This document shows, piece by piece, positions 10,797-19,720 of a DNA stretch of 64,000 nucleotides. Source of the stretch: an uncultured Bacteriovoracaceae bacterium (GTDB lineage: Bacteria; Bdellovibrionota; Bacteriovoracia; Bacteriovoracales; Bacteriovoracaceae). The notes below the pieces were generated by a model that did not search any database, was not told the DNA's origin, and worked only from the letters and a program-made list of their open reading frames with translations. The stretch's first letter is position 1, and every line of letters begins with the position of its first letter. The stretch lies in the NCBI GenBank assembly GCA_966211875.1, contig CBIHNP010000009.1:29233-93232 (forward strand), given 5' to 3'. The translations under genes were made by a program, and so were the position numbers.

Positions 10797-11249
10797 TTAA
10801 GAAGCGCGTGGAAGATCTTCGTCTTCGTCATCCATCATTTCAGCTTTTGGTGTATCACCTTTATACGGATTGAATTGAAAAGTTTTTGGATAGTATCCAA
10901 CTTTCTCAGGAGCATCTGCACTTTTCATTTTTTTAGAAACAACAATCCATAGGGCCACAGGAAGAGCGAATAAGAAAATCAACGGCCCGATATATGAATA
11001 GGGAGTTGATGGCGTTGAAGATTTTGTCGCGATATTTGCCGGAACTCTTTTTGTTTCAGGCGCAACTTTCGGAGTGTGCTGAGCTGTGAAGTCAAACCCC
11101 TTGTGATCAACCATTGGCTTTTCATCTTCGATCGACACTTCAGTCATTGGCTCTACAGAAGGACTTCTTTGAGCGAACGCTTGGTGGATAGTTAATCCAG
11201 CACTCATCAGTGTTAAAAGATATAAAGCAGAAAAAAGTGGTCTTTTCAT
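10797..11249 (-). CDS. hypothetical secreted/membrane-anchored protein
   Basis: 150 aa. Signal peptide (..HQAFA/Q), one internal TM (IGPLIFLFALPVALWIVV) and an acidic tail. Confidence 0.5.
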   Translation of the reverse strand: MKRPLFSALYLLTLMSAGLTIHQAFAQRSPSVEPMTEVSIEDEKPMVDHKGFDFTAQHTPKVAPETKRVPANIATKSSTPSTPYSYIGPLIFLFALPVALWIVVSKKMKSADAPEKVGYYPKTFQFNPYKGDTPKAEMMDDEDEDLPRAS

Positions 11250-11323
11250 TGGTCACTCCTAATGCAATCTTATCGTGAATTTTTGAAATTAATTAAGGAG
11301 TAAATTATTCCCTTATACTTTGA

Positions 11324-13222
11324 TCAAGTATTGCGGCTCTCGAGATCTTCGAGCTCTGCGTATAAAGCAAGTAGGCGTTCTTCCAGAACAGATTGAGCAT
11401 CTGTGAGAATTTTGAGTTCCTGATTTTTTGGATCGGCAAGTTTTGTAAAATCGAGATTGGCGATTTTTTCTTCGATGATTTTTGTTTTTTTCTCAGTCGA
11501 ATCGATTTCTTCATAAATTGTTTCGAGACGTTTTTTATCTTTGTTTGAAAGTTTTTGAACTTCCTTGATCGGAGCTTCAACTGGAGTTGGAGCAACCGGA
11601 GCTTCTTTACTTTCTTCAGCAATTTCGCGTTCGACTTCGAGGAGATCGAGATAAGGCGCAACTTGATCGTAACCGCCTTCGAAGTTTTGCAAGCCTTGGT
11701 TTTCAATCAACCAGACTTTGTTTGTCACTGTACTTAAGAAAGCGCGATCGTGAGAGATGAGAATAACAGCGCCTTGGAATTCGGCCAGTTTCTCTTCGAG
11801 AATTCCAATCGTTTCTAAATCGAGATCGTTGGTAGGCTCATCGAAAATGAGAATATCGCCGGTCTTTGTGAGGTTAAGAGCAAGTTGCAGACGGCTTTTT
11901 TCTCCACCTGAAAATGTTTTTAAAGGGCGATGAATATCATCGCGATGGAAAAGAAAACTTTCAAAATAAGAAACGACATGTTTTTTAGAACCGTCGGGAA
12001 GAGTGACAAAATCCGATCCATCACCGAGAAGCTGGTGAGGACTTATATCGATTTCAAGTTCGTCACGTTTTTGTGAAAAATATTGTATTTGTAAATTTTC
12101 AGCAGTCTTCATTTTTCCAGAGACAGGAAGAAGTTCTTCGCGAATCAGTTTAAGGAGAGTTGTTTTCCCCACACCATTTTTTCCGAGAAGACCAATCTTA
12201 TTTCCCTTCTGGATTTCGCCGGAAATATTTTCAAAAAGAGGGGCATGACCCGGATAAGCGAAAGTGAGATCGGAAAATGAAACCAACACTTTTGTCTGGC
12301 GATTCGATTTTTGAAGAGTGAGATCGAGATTTTTCTTCGCTTCACTTTTAATCGTTGAAACGCGTTCTTTTAAATCGAGAAAATTTTCTACGCGCTTTTT
12401 ACTGCGGGTTCCGCGCGCTTTAATCCCCTGGCGCATCCAGGCTTGTTCACGTTCGAGATTATTTTTGAGTTTATTTAACAAACTTAGTTTGGAAACTTCT
12501 TCGCGTTCTAAGAATGAAAGATAATCAGTATAAGACCCAGCGAAGCTTTCAATACGTCCGTGTTGAATATGGAAGATCTTGCGAGTGAGTTTTGAAAGTA
12601 GAAAACGATCATGGGTAATAAGCATGAATGCTTTTTGTGTCGAATTCAATTCATCTTCAAAGAGTTTAATTGTTTCTATATCAAGATGGTTTGTCGGCTC
12701 ATCCCAGAGAATGAGATTCGCTTTGCTCGAGAGACCTAAACTCAGAAGAATTTTTTTCTGCTCACCACCACTTAATGAACTCACGATTTTATTCAAATCT
12801 TCGAGCCCGAAATGTTTGAGATACGATTCGTAGTTCTGAATCAGTTCCCAGCCGCGCATTTCTTCAAATTGGTGAAGAGAGGTTTCATAGACTGTTTTTA
12901 ATTCAGGGTAAAAAACAAAAAAATAATCTTTGATGGAAAGCTGTTGATGACCGTCGAGAGGAAGCTCTTGTGGAACATAAAAAAGCGAGAAACGTTTGTT
13001 TTCATCGCCGTCGCCACGGGCCTTATTAAATTCGAAGGGAGGAGTCGTGTGGTCAGGAACGAGATCACCTGTGAGAATTTTAAAAAGAGTCGATTTTCCT
13101 TTTCCATTCAATCCAAGCAGACCGATACGATCTCCGACTGAAATAGAAAGTTGAGCATTATTAAAAATGACTTTTGGGCCGAAACTAAGGCGTATGTTTT
13201 TTAAAGTACACAGTAAGCTCAT
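11324..13222 (-). CDS. ABC-F family ATPase (Uup/YheS-like, no TM domain)
   Basis: Two ABC cassettes: Walker A GLNGKGKST and GKNGVGKTT, signatures LSGGEQKK and FSGGEKSR. C-terminal coiled-coil tail. Confidence 0.9.
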   Translation of the reverse strand: MSLLCTLKNIRLSFGPKVIFNNAQLSISVGDRIGLLGLNGKGKSTLFKILTGDLVPDHTTPPFEFNKARGDGDENKRFSLFYVPQELPLDGHQQLSIKDYFFVFYPELKTVYETSLHQFEEMRGWELIQNYESYLKHFGLEDLNKIVSSLSGGEQKKILLSLGLSSKANLILWDEPTNHLDIETIKLFEDELNSTQKAFMLITHDRFLLSKLTRKIFHIQHGRIESFAGSYTDYLSFLEREEVSKLSLLNKLKNNLEREQAWMRQGIKARGTRSKKRVENFLDLKERVSTIKSEAKKNLDLTLQKSNRQTKVLVSFSDLTFAYPGHAPLFENISGEIQKGNKIGLLGKNGVGKTTLLKLIREELLPVSGKMKTAENLQIQYFSQKRDELEIDISPHQLLGDGSDFVTLPDGSKKHVVSYFESFLFHRDDIHRPLKTFSGGEKSRLQLALNLTKTGDILIFDEPTNDLDLETIGILEEKLAEFQGAVILISHDRAFLSTVTNKVWLIENQGLQNFEGGYDQVAPYLDLLEVEREIAEESKEAPVAPTPVEAPIKEVQKLSNKDKKRLETIYEEIDSTEKKTKIIEEKIANLDFTKLADPKNQELKILTDAQSVLEERLLALYAELEDLESRNT

Positions 13223-13333
13223 GGGGCGATTATAGAGAGCAAACGCGATTTCGGCAAATATTTCCCCTTGTCTTTTTCAAGTTACCCCCTGTGATAGAAT
13301 TTTATTGACAAGGATCCCTGCAAAGGACCCGTA

Positions 13334-14017
13334 ATGAATTTTCCAGCTATCGCAAAACAGACGTATGATCTACTAAAAGGGCAACCGGCCTTTGCGAATA
13401 TCACTGAATTCATCAGCCGTCATTTAAAGAAAATTTCATCAGCTCACGAGCGTGCACGTTTTGTTCATAACGTAGTAGACGAATATAATCGCGAAGTTTT
13501 TTCCCATCCATTAGTTAAACAATTTTCTCCGTGTCGAGCTGGCTGTTCAGCTTGCTGTCACACTCAAGTGAGCGTAACAGAAGACGAAGCGAATCTGCTT
13601 GCCTCAAAAGTGAATGAGGGACTCAAAATCGATTACGATCGTTTGCAAAAACAAATGCAGGCGGGAAATAATGCCGATGAATTTTTTAAACTTTCATTCC
13701 AAGAGAGAAAGTGCGTTTTCCTTGGAGAAAATAATCTTTGCCAGGTTTACAACGATCGCCCTTCTGTCTGTAGAACGAACGCTGTTATAGGTGAGGCCAG
13801 TCAGTGTTCTACTCACGAAAAAGATGCTGATCATAATGACAGACAACCAATGCGTATTATAAAAACTTCTCAAGCGGATATGGCCATTATGGGGTCGTAT
13901 CTCAATTCAAATAATAGTGGTGCTTTACCTTTCATGATTGGGCAATTCATCTCAAAACCAATCGCGAAAAAGCCTGCTGCCAAGAAGAAATCCGTTTCCA
14001 ATGATATTGAACTATAG
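13334..14017 (+). CDS. YkgJ-family Cys-cluster (zinc/iron-chelating) protein
   Basis: CRAGCSACCH ... CVFL..NLCQVY..RPSVCR cysteine pattern. Confidence 0.7.
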   Translation: MNFPAIAKQTYDLLKGQPAFANITEFISRHLKKISSAHERARFVHNVVDEYNREVFSHPLVKQFSPCRAGCSACCHTQVSVTEDEANLLASKVNEGLKIDYDRLQKQMQAGNNADEFFKLSFQERKCVFLGENNLCQVYNDRPSVCRTNAVIGEASQCSTHEKDADHNDRQPMRIIKTSQADMAIMGSYLNSNNSGALPFMIGQFISKPIAKKPAAKKKSVSNDIEL

Positions 14018-14029
14018 TATCAACTGAGA

Positions 14030-14650
14030 GTGAACTGTTTACTTTGCTCCTTTGAAACATCTGTTTATGCCAGTGCTGCGTTTAAATGTACGCAATGTGA
14101 ACTTGTATTTAAAAATCCAGCACAATATCTGAATACCGAAGAAGATTTCAAACGTTATTCTTCTCACCAGAACCATTCGACAGACCCAGGTTATTTGAAG
14201 TTTTTAAATAAAGTGGCCGGGCCGTTGAGTGCCTTTTTGCCATCGTCGTTTACTTCGCTCGATTACGGATGTGGCCCGGGACCAACTTTGTCTCTTTTAC
14301 TTCGTGAGAAGGGAGGAGAAGTTCATAATTACGATCCGCTTTTTTTTGCAGATAAAAATTTATTGGGGCAACAATACGATGTTGTGACATCAACGGAAGT
14401 TGTTGAGCACTTCAAAGAACCGAAAACAGATTGGGACCAGCTGATTCATTTAATAAAGCCTCGCGGACTTCTGGCCGTCATGACTCAATTTTTAGTTGAG
14501 GACGTTGACTATCAAACGTGGTGGTATAAAAATGACCCGACTCATGTCGCTTTTTACAATGAAAACACTTTTGAGTTTCTTGCAAAAAAATACGGATTAG
14601 AAATACTATTCAACGATCATGTATCAGTGATTATCTTCAGGAAAAAATAA
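14030..14650 (+). CDS. class I SAM-dependent methyltransferase with N-terminal CxxC..CxxC ribbon
   Basis: LDYGCGPGP motif I, CLLC...CTQC zinc-ribbon-like N-terminus, GTG start. Confidence 0.75.
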   Translation: MNCLLCSFETSVYASAAFKCTQCELVFKNPAQYLNTEEDFKRYSSHQNHSTDPGYLKFLNKVAGPLSAFLPSSFTSLDYGCGPGPTLSLLLREKGGEVHNYDPLFFADKNLLGQQYDVVTSTEVVEHFKEPKTDWDQLIHLIKPRGLLAVMTQFLVEDVDYQTWWYKNDPTHVAFYNENTFEFLAKKYGLEILFNDHVSVIIFRKK

Positions 14651-14651
14651 T

Positions 14652-14993
14652 ATGCTTACGATGTATGCCATTCCCAATTGCGACACTGTAAAAAAAGCCC
14701 GCACTTTTTTAGACAAGAAAAAAATCAGTTACGAATTCGTCGATTTTAAAAAGACGCCACCGACAGCAGAACAGATTAAGCGTTGGGGAGAATTTTTCGG
14801 TGAACTTCCTGCAAACAAAAAGGGAATCACTTATAAAAAATTTAAAGAAGAGTACGAAGCTCTTGCACCAGCTGCTCAAATTAAATTTCTTATCGCAAAC
14901 ACTTCAATGATCAAGCGCCCGATTCTGGAAAAAAACGACAAGACGATTGCAATGGGCTTTGAAGAAGAAACATATAAGGGCCTTAAGTTGTAA
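14652..14993 (+). CDS. ArsC/Spx-family protein (YffB-like)
   Basis: 113 aa. N-terminal MYAIPNCDTVKKAR motif typical of the family. Confidence 0.8.
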   Translation: MLTMYAIPNCDTVKKARTFLDKKKISYEFVDFKKTPPTAEQIKRWGEFFGELPANKKGITYKKFKEEYEALAPAAQIKFLIANTSMIKRPILEKNDKTIAMGFEEETYKGLKL

Positions 14994-14995
14994 TT

Positions 14996-15775
14996 ATGGA
15001 CAAAGCGACTTACCTTCTCAAAAAACAAGAACAGAAAGAGAACGCGACAAAGTTTAAGCGCGAAGAATTTTGTTTTACTTGCTTTCGTTTGAAGATGACT
15101 TGCTTCTGCACTCTGATTAAACCGTTTGATACAAAAACGCATTTTGTTCTTCTCCTTCATCCGATGGAAGCGAAGAAAGAAAAAGCGACGGGCACGGGAA
15201 GATTAAGTCTTGCTTGTCTGAAAAATTCTCAAATGATTATGGGAATTGATTTCACTGAAGATCCTCAGGTCAATGCACTCATCGATGATCCGAAAAATTA
15301 TTGTATGGTTTTGTATCCTGGAGAAAAATCGATCAACGTTTCGAACGATGACATCACTCCCTTGCAAAATTTAGGAGATCGTCGTCTCGTTATTTTTCTC
15401 ATCGATGGAACATGGCCTTGTGCCAAGAAAATGATGAGGCTTTCAAAGAACATCAATACGCTTCCACGCATTTCTTTTACGGCCACTCACGAATCATTAT
15501 TTGTAATCAAAGAACAACCGGCCGAGTTTTGTTTGTCGACGATTGAATCGATTCATTTTTTCTTAAGCGAATGTGACCGTCGAAAATTAGAAGACCTTGG
15601 AAAAAAGCAGGACAATATGCTGGATGTTTTTAAGGCGATGGTCGACTTTCAAATCAAGTGTGCTTCAGATCCTGCATTGCCTTCTTATCGCAATTCTAAA
15701 GGCGGTTATTCCCGCAAGACAGAGCGAAGAAAGAGTAAAAAGTGGGGAACTAATCGAATCGTTTATAAAGATTAA
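14996..15775 (+). CDS. DTW-domain protein (tRNA-uridine aminocarboxypropyltransferase family)
   Basis: N-terminal Cys cluster (CFTC..C.C) and the LIDGTWPCAKKM DTW motif. Confidence 0.8.
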   Translation: MDKATYLLKKQEQKENATKFKREEFCFTCFRLKMTCFCTLIKPFDTKTHFVLLLHPMEAKKEKATGTGRLSLACLKNSQMIMGIDFTEDPQVNALIDDPKNYCMVLYPGEKSINVSNDDITPLQNLGDRRLVIFLIDGTWPCAKKMMRLSKNINTLPRISFTATHESLFVIKEQPAEFCLSTIESIHFFLSECDRRKLEDLGKKQDNMLDVFKAMVDFQIKCASDPALPSYRNSKGGYSRKTERRKSKKWGTNRIVYKD

Positions 15776-15966
15776 AGAGCAGAGGAAATACGTTTCCACG
15801 TTTCTTTTAAATCATTAAATGACACCTGAAGTTCTTCTAAAATCTCTTCGTTAATTTTTTCATCGTTCTCCTGAAGATCAAAAAGCTCATCAACGGAAAA
15901 ATTAAGTCTGCCAATGAGTCCATTCATATGATGGATTTCTTCTTTTAGTTCAACTTTTTTACTCAT
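15772..15966 (-). CDS. small acidic hypothetical protein
   Basis: 64-aa ORF whose start overlaps the stop of the upstream sigma-54 regulator by 8 nt. No homology recognised. Confidence 0.35.
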   Translation of the reverse strand: MSKKVELKEEIHHMNGLIGRLNFSVDELFDLQENDEKINEEILEELQVSFNDLKETWKRISSAL

Positions 15967-17305
15967 GGTTTAGTCCTTTTTGAATGCGATAAAAAATGGT
16001 TTTAGAAATTTTTAAATCTTCAATGGCAGAAACTTGTTTGCCCTGAAATTTAGCAAGAGATTTTTTGAGGGCTTCTTGTTCGGCGAGTTCAACAAACTTT
16101 CCCAAACCAATTTGTTGAATCAATTCCAGTTGAGATGAAGTTAGTAAATCACCATCAACGTGAGTGCTGACATCTGAAAAAATATTTTTTGGTAATTGAT
16201 CTTTTGTAATATAGCTATTCTTGTATGACTGAAATGAAGTGATGATCTTTTGTAGCTCACGGACATTTCCAGGCCATGAGTAGCTGAGTAGAGCTTCACG
16301 GGCTTCATCATCAATTAAGATTTTCTTGATTGATTTTTTAAGGAAATGATTCATTAACAGATTGATGTCATCTTTTCTCTCGCGCAGAGGAGGAATGAGT
16401 AAATTCATTCCCATGATACGATAGAAGAGGTCTTCGCGAAATTTATTCGCCTTTACAAGTTGAAGAAGATCTTCTTTTGTCGCACAGATCAGGCGGAATT
16501 GAGAATGTTGTTCTTCATCTGATCCTAGTGGGTAAAATTTCTTTTCTTCGATTGCCACAAGAAGTTTTTCCTGTGCACGTTTAGAAATATTTCCAATTTC
16601 GTCGAGAAAAAGAGTTCCGTTATGAGCGAGCTTTAATTTTCCGACTTTTCTAGAATCCGCTCCGGTGAATGCTCCCTTCACGTGACCAAAAAGTTCAGAG
16701 TCAATAAGCTGATCTTCGACTTGTCCGCAGTTCACATGAACAAATGGTCCTTTCACTCCGGAAATATGGTGAATCATCTTAGCGACTTCAGTTTTCCCAA
16801 CTCCCGTTTCTCCACCGATAAAGAGAGACTTCTGTAGAAACGAATTGCTGGCGATACTGACAATTTCTTGTTTCAATTCGTTAGAAGTCGTAAGGAAATC
16901 TTTTTGAAAAAGAGAATCAAATTCGTTCGTTTCAGAAAGATTGGCAATATTTTCGATGATGTCTTCAATATGTTTATTAAAATTGCTTTTAGGATAAAAT
17001 GTATTGATCCCAAGCCTGAAAAAGCTCAATGCTGTTTCATCATCTTCTTGTCCGGTAACAATAGCGAAATTTTCAATTTTACTTTTTAAGCAAAATTTCG
17101 CCAGATTGAGACCGTGAACTTCACCATTTAAATTGTGATCGATGATAACGTAGTTGTATTTTTTGCGGGATAGAAAACTCAAGGCCGTTTCATATTCCGA
17201 AGCCTCATCAACTTCTATACCTTTATCCAAAAACTTTTTTGCGACTTTTTTTCTAAAAAGAGCGTCGTCTTCAATAAGTAGAATGTGGGCCTTGTTTATA
17301 TTCAT
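15959..17305 (-). CDS. sigma-54-dependent response regulator (NtrC family)
   Basis: Receiver (ILLIEDD), AAA+ core (GETGVGKT, ELFGH.KGAFTGA, LFLDEI) and a C-terminal HTH. ATG at 17305 with a GGAG SD is preferred over TTG at 17317. Confidence 0.9.
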   Translation of the reverse strand: MNINKAHILLIEDDALFRKKVAKKFLDKGIEVDEASEYETALSFLSRKKYNYVIIDHNLNGEVHGLNLAKFCLKSKIENFAIVTGQEDDETALSFFRLGINTFYPKSNFNKHIEDIIENIANLSETNEFDSLFQKDFLTTSNELKQEIVSIASNSFLQKSLFIGGETGVGKTEVAKMIHHISGVKGPFVHVNCGQVEDQLIDSELFGHVKGAFTGADSRKVGKLKLAHNGTLFLDEIGNISKRAQEKLLVAIEEKKFYPLGSDEEQHSQFRLICATKEDLLQLVKANKFREDLFYRIMGMNLLIPPLRERKDDINLLMNHFLKKSIKKILIDDEAREALLSYSWPGNVRELQKIITSFQSYKNSYITKDQLPKNIFSDVSTHVDGDLLTSSQLELIQQIGLGKFVELAEQEALKKSLAKFQGKQVSAIEDLKISKTIFYRIQKGLNHE

Positions 17306-17573
17306 AAATTTCTCCAACGGCTTTAGTTTAAATGAAAAAAAAAGAGTTGGAAATAGACCATGAAGGTTTGTATTTAAACCTTTCCTTAAGACTTGTGAGA
17401 AAGGGCTTTTGCTTTGGTCTTAAAAGACCTCAAATAGTGGGCACTCGACAATCTTTATAAAGGCAAAATATCCGACTGAAATTCTTTGAAAGGGCCATTC
17501 TTTCCATCCATCTTTTAAGCCCTTAAACACTTATAATGTAAAATAGATTTATAACATTATGGTGGGTAGCTCT

Positions 17574-19688
17574 ATGCTCAAACTTTTATATAAAACACTT
17601 CTCGTATCTATAATGTGCGGTTCACTGTCAATCGCGAACATGACTCCTGTTTATGCTCAAGATACTAAAGGACAAGTCACACGCAATTCAGACGGCAGTT
17701 TAAGTAAGACTGACACTTATAGTTTTAAAGGAACGAAAGGTGAAGATGATAACGCCCTTAACGTTATTACTATGCTTGCAGTTGGGGTGATTGGAACAAA
17801 ACTTCTTACGTATAAAAAGTGGACGACAGATATGACCGTTGTCGCCGCTGCTAGTGCGGCTTATATTGCTGCTGAAATTATCAACATCATGAATTTGAAA
17901 AAGCAAATTTCTGATATGAATGTCGAGGTCACAAAAAATAGTAATGGGAAAATGGATCAAACCCAGATCGATACACTTCAAAAATTAAAAGAATCTTATA
18001 CGGCCGTGAAGTCATCAATTAAAACGAGAAAGATGCTACAGATGGCCGCAGCAGCAGCGTTTGGTATTGCAACGGGAATTGCAGCTTATCAACGTATTAG
18101 TGACGAAGGTAAATTTTCCAGCTGCATGGCCGCAGTTGAAAGTGGGCAAGCTAAACTTGCAAGTTGTATTTCCTCAGGGGCAACTGGTGTTGGTGCCTCA
18201 GAAGCAGGATTTTGTACTTCATGTAATATCCAAGTTTCAGCTCTCGCTACAAAAATTCCAGAGACTAAAACCATTGCAGATATGTCTAAAACATCTTCAA
18301 TGCTGACGAATGCAACTATTACGAAAAAAGATTTAGTAGATGAAGCACAAATCAAAACGCCATGTGGTGGTGTAATCGCAGCCGGTGTTAAAACATCGAT
18401 TCAGGGAGCCTGTGAAACTTATAAAATATCTAAAAAAGCGAACCAAGCTTTTGGCGATTTTGCGACAACTTCAACAACATTTAATAAGTCGTCATTACTG
18501 GACAATGTTCTCTACGCCAAACTTCAACCGAATGTACCAATGTCAATCGATTCTTCTTTAAAGCAAAGAAGTTTATTGCAAAAAGCTCTTGATACTCTTT
18601 TTCCTCGAGCTGAGGCGGGAATGGTTTCTCTTCTTGGTCTTGGAGCAGGTGCTGCTGCCGCTTTCTTTACTGCTGAAAAAGGAATTGGTTTAACTATAGA
18701 TAAATATCTTTTTACTCCTGGTGGAAGAATTATCGCATGGGGGATTTTGACAGGAGCTGCTCTTTTGGGAGCGAAGGCTTCTCAAAGTGAAATGGATAAG
18801 ATTGATGGTTATATTTCAAAGATTGATCAAATCTTAAAAGACATGAACAATCTCCAACAAGGGATTAAAGCAAACGCTGTTAATGAGCAACAAATTAAGC
18901 TTGCAAGTTTCAATGCAAATGCTGCTCAAGATTTACAACTTAACCCTTCAGCAAAAGCGAAAACGGATTGTCTTGCAGGAGTAAGTTCATCTTCGTCTTC
19001 GACATGTGCTTCTTTAGCTGATCAATTAAAAAGTATTCCAGGGTATTCAGAACTTCCAAGCTCATATCAAACACTCGCTTCTCAAGCGGCTCATTTAGGT
19101 GATGGTCTAAGTGGAACCAATACTGTTTCGGCAGGAACAGTTACAGCAGCAGGAAATCTTGCTGGTAACCAAAATGCTATTGGTAAATTAGTTGCTACAA
19201 CGAAAGAAAAATTAAACGATACATTAGCTAAAAATGGTCAGCCGAAAGTTGATTTCGAGAAAGATGAAAAAGATCTTCTTAATCAATTAAAAGTTTCTAC
19301 AGCGAAGGCGCTAGGGAATTCAGGAATGAGTGCTGGAGCTTTCCTTGCGAGCACGGGATTAAGTCCATTCCCAACTGCGAGTGCTTCAGTGGCCGATTCA
19401 ACTGCTAAAAAACCAGCGACAACAGCGCTGGCAAATGTAGCTGCTCCAACAGCTGGAAGCGGAAAAGAAAAAGACAAAGGATTTGAACTCGAACTGAAAG
19501 ACAACGGAGTAAATGCCATTGGGGTTGCGGGTGCTGGCGGTGGAAAAGAAGAAAAATATGATATCGGTGCAAATGATATCAGCACTAATACTGGCGACTC
19601 GATCTTCAAATTAATTTCTGATCGTTATATTAAATCGGGTTACCCAAGATTGTTAGATGAGATACCGGCAACACCGGTGAAAAAATAG
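17574..19688 (+). CDS. large Cys/Ala/Ser-rich membrane or secreted protein, paralog A (unknown function)
   Basis: ~704 aa. Aligns along its whole length with the next gene. Hydrophobic helices and conserved termini. Alternative start at 17559. Confidence 0.75.
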   Translation: MLKLLYKTLLVSIMCGSLSIANMTPVYAQDTKGQVTRNSDGSLSKTDTYSFKGTKGEDDNALNVITMLAVGVIGTKLLTYKKWTTDMTVVAAASAAYIAAEIINIMNLKKQISDMNVEVTKNSNGKMDQTQIDTLQKLKESYTAVKSSIKTRKMLQMAAAAAFGIATGIAAYQRISDEGKFSSCMAAVESGQAKLASCISSGATGVGASEAGFCTSCNIQVSALATKIPETKTIADMSKTSSMLTNATITKKDLVDEAQIKTPCGGVIAAGVKTSIQGACETYKISKKANQAFGDFATTSTTFNKSSLLDNVLYAKLQPNVPMSIDSSLKQRSLLQKALDTLFPRAEAGMVSLLGLGAGAAAAFFTAEKGIGLTIDKYLFTPGGRIIAWGILTGAALLGAKASQSEMDKIDGYISKIDQILKDMNNLQQGIKANAVNEQQIKLASFNANAAQDLQLNPSAKAKTDCLAGVSSSSSSTCASLADQLKSIPGYSELPSSYQTLASQAAHLGDGLSGTNTVSAGTVTAAGNLAGNQNAIGKLVATTKEKLNDTLAKNGQPKVDFEKDEKDLLNQLKVSTAKALGNSGMSAGAFLASTGLSPFPTASASVADSTAKKPATTALANVAAPTAGSGKEKDKGFELELKDNGVNAIGVAGAGGGKEEKYDIGANDISTNTGDSIFKLISDRYIKSGYPRLLDEIPATPVKK

Positions 19689-19720
19689 ATCTTAGTTTTT
19701 TTGTGAACAACGAGGCACGT

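Noticed and set aside
17438-17456. Possible sigma-54 promoter (tgggcac-tcgaca-atctt) between the sigma-54 activator and the paralog pair
   Set aside because: The GGCAC -24 half is good. The position where the invariant -12 GC should fall reads TC (aatct), so the hit fails the TGGCAC-N5-TTGC consensus. A TATAAT box at 17532-17537 is a simpler explanation.
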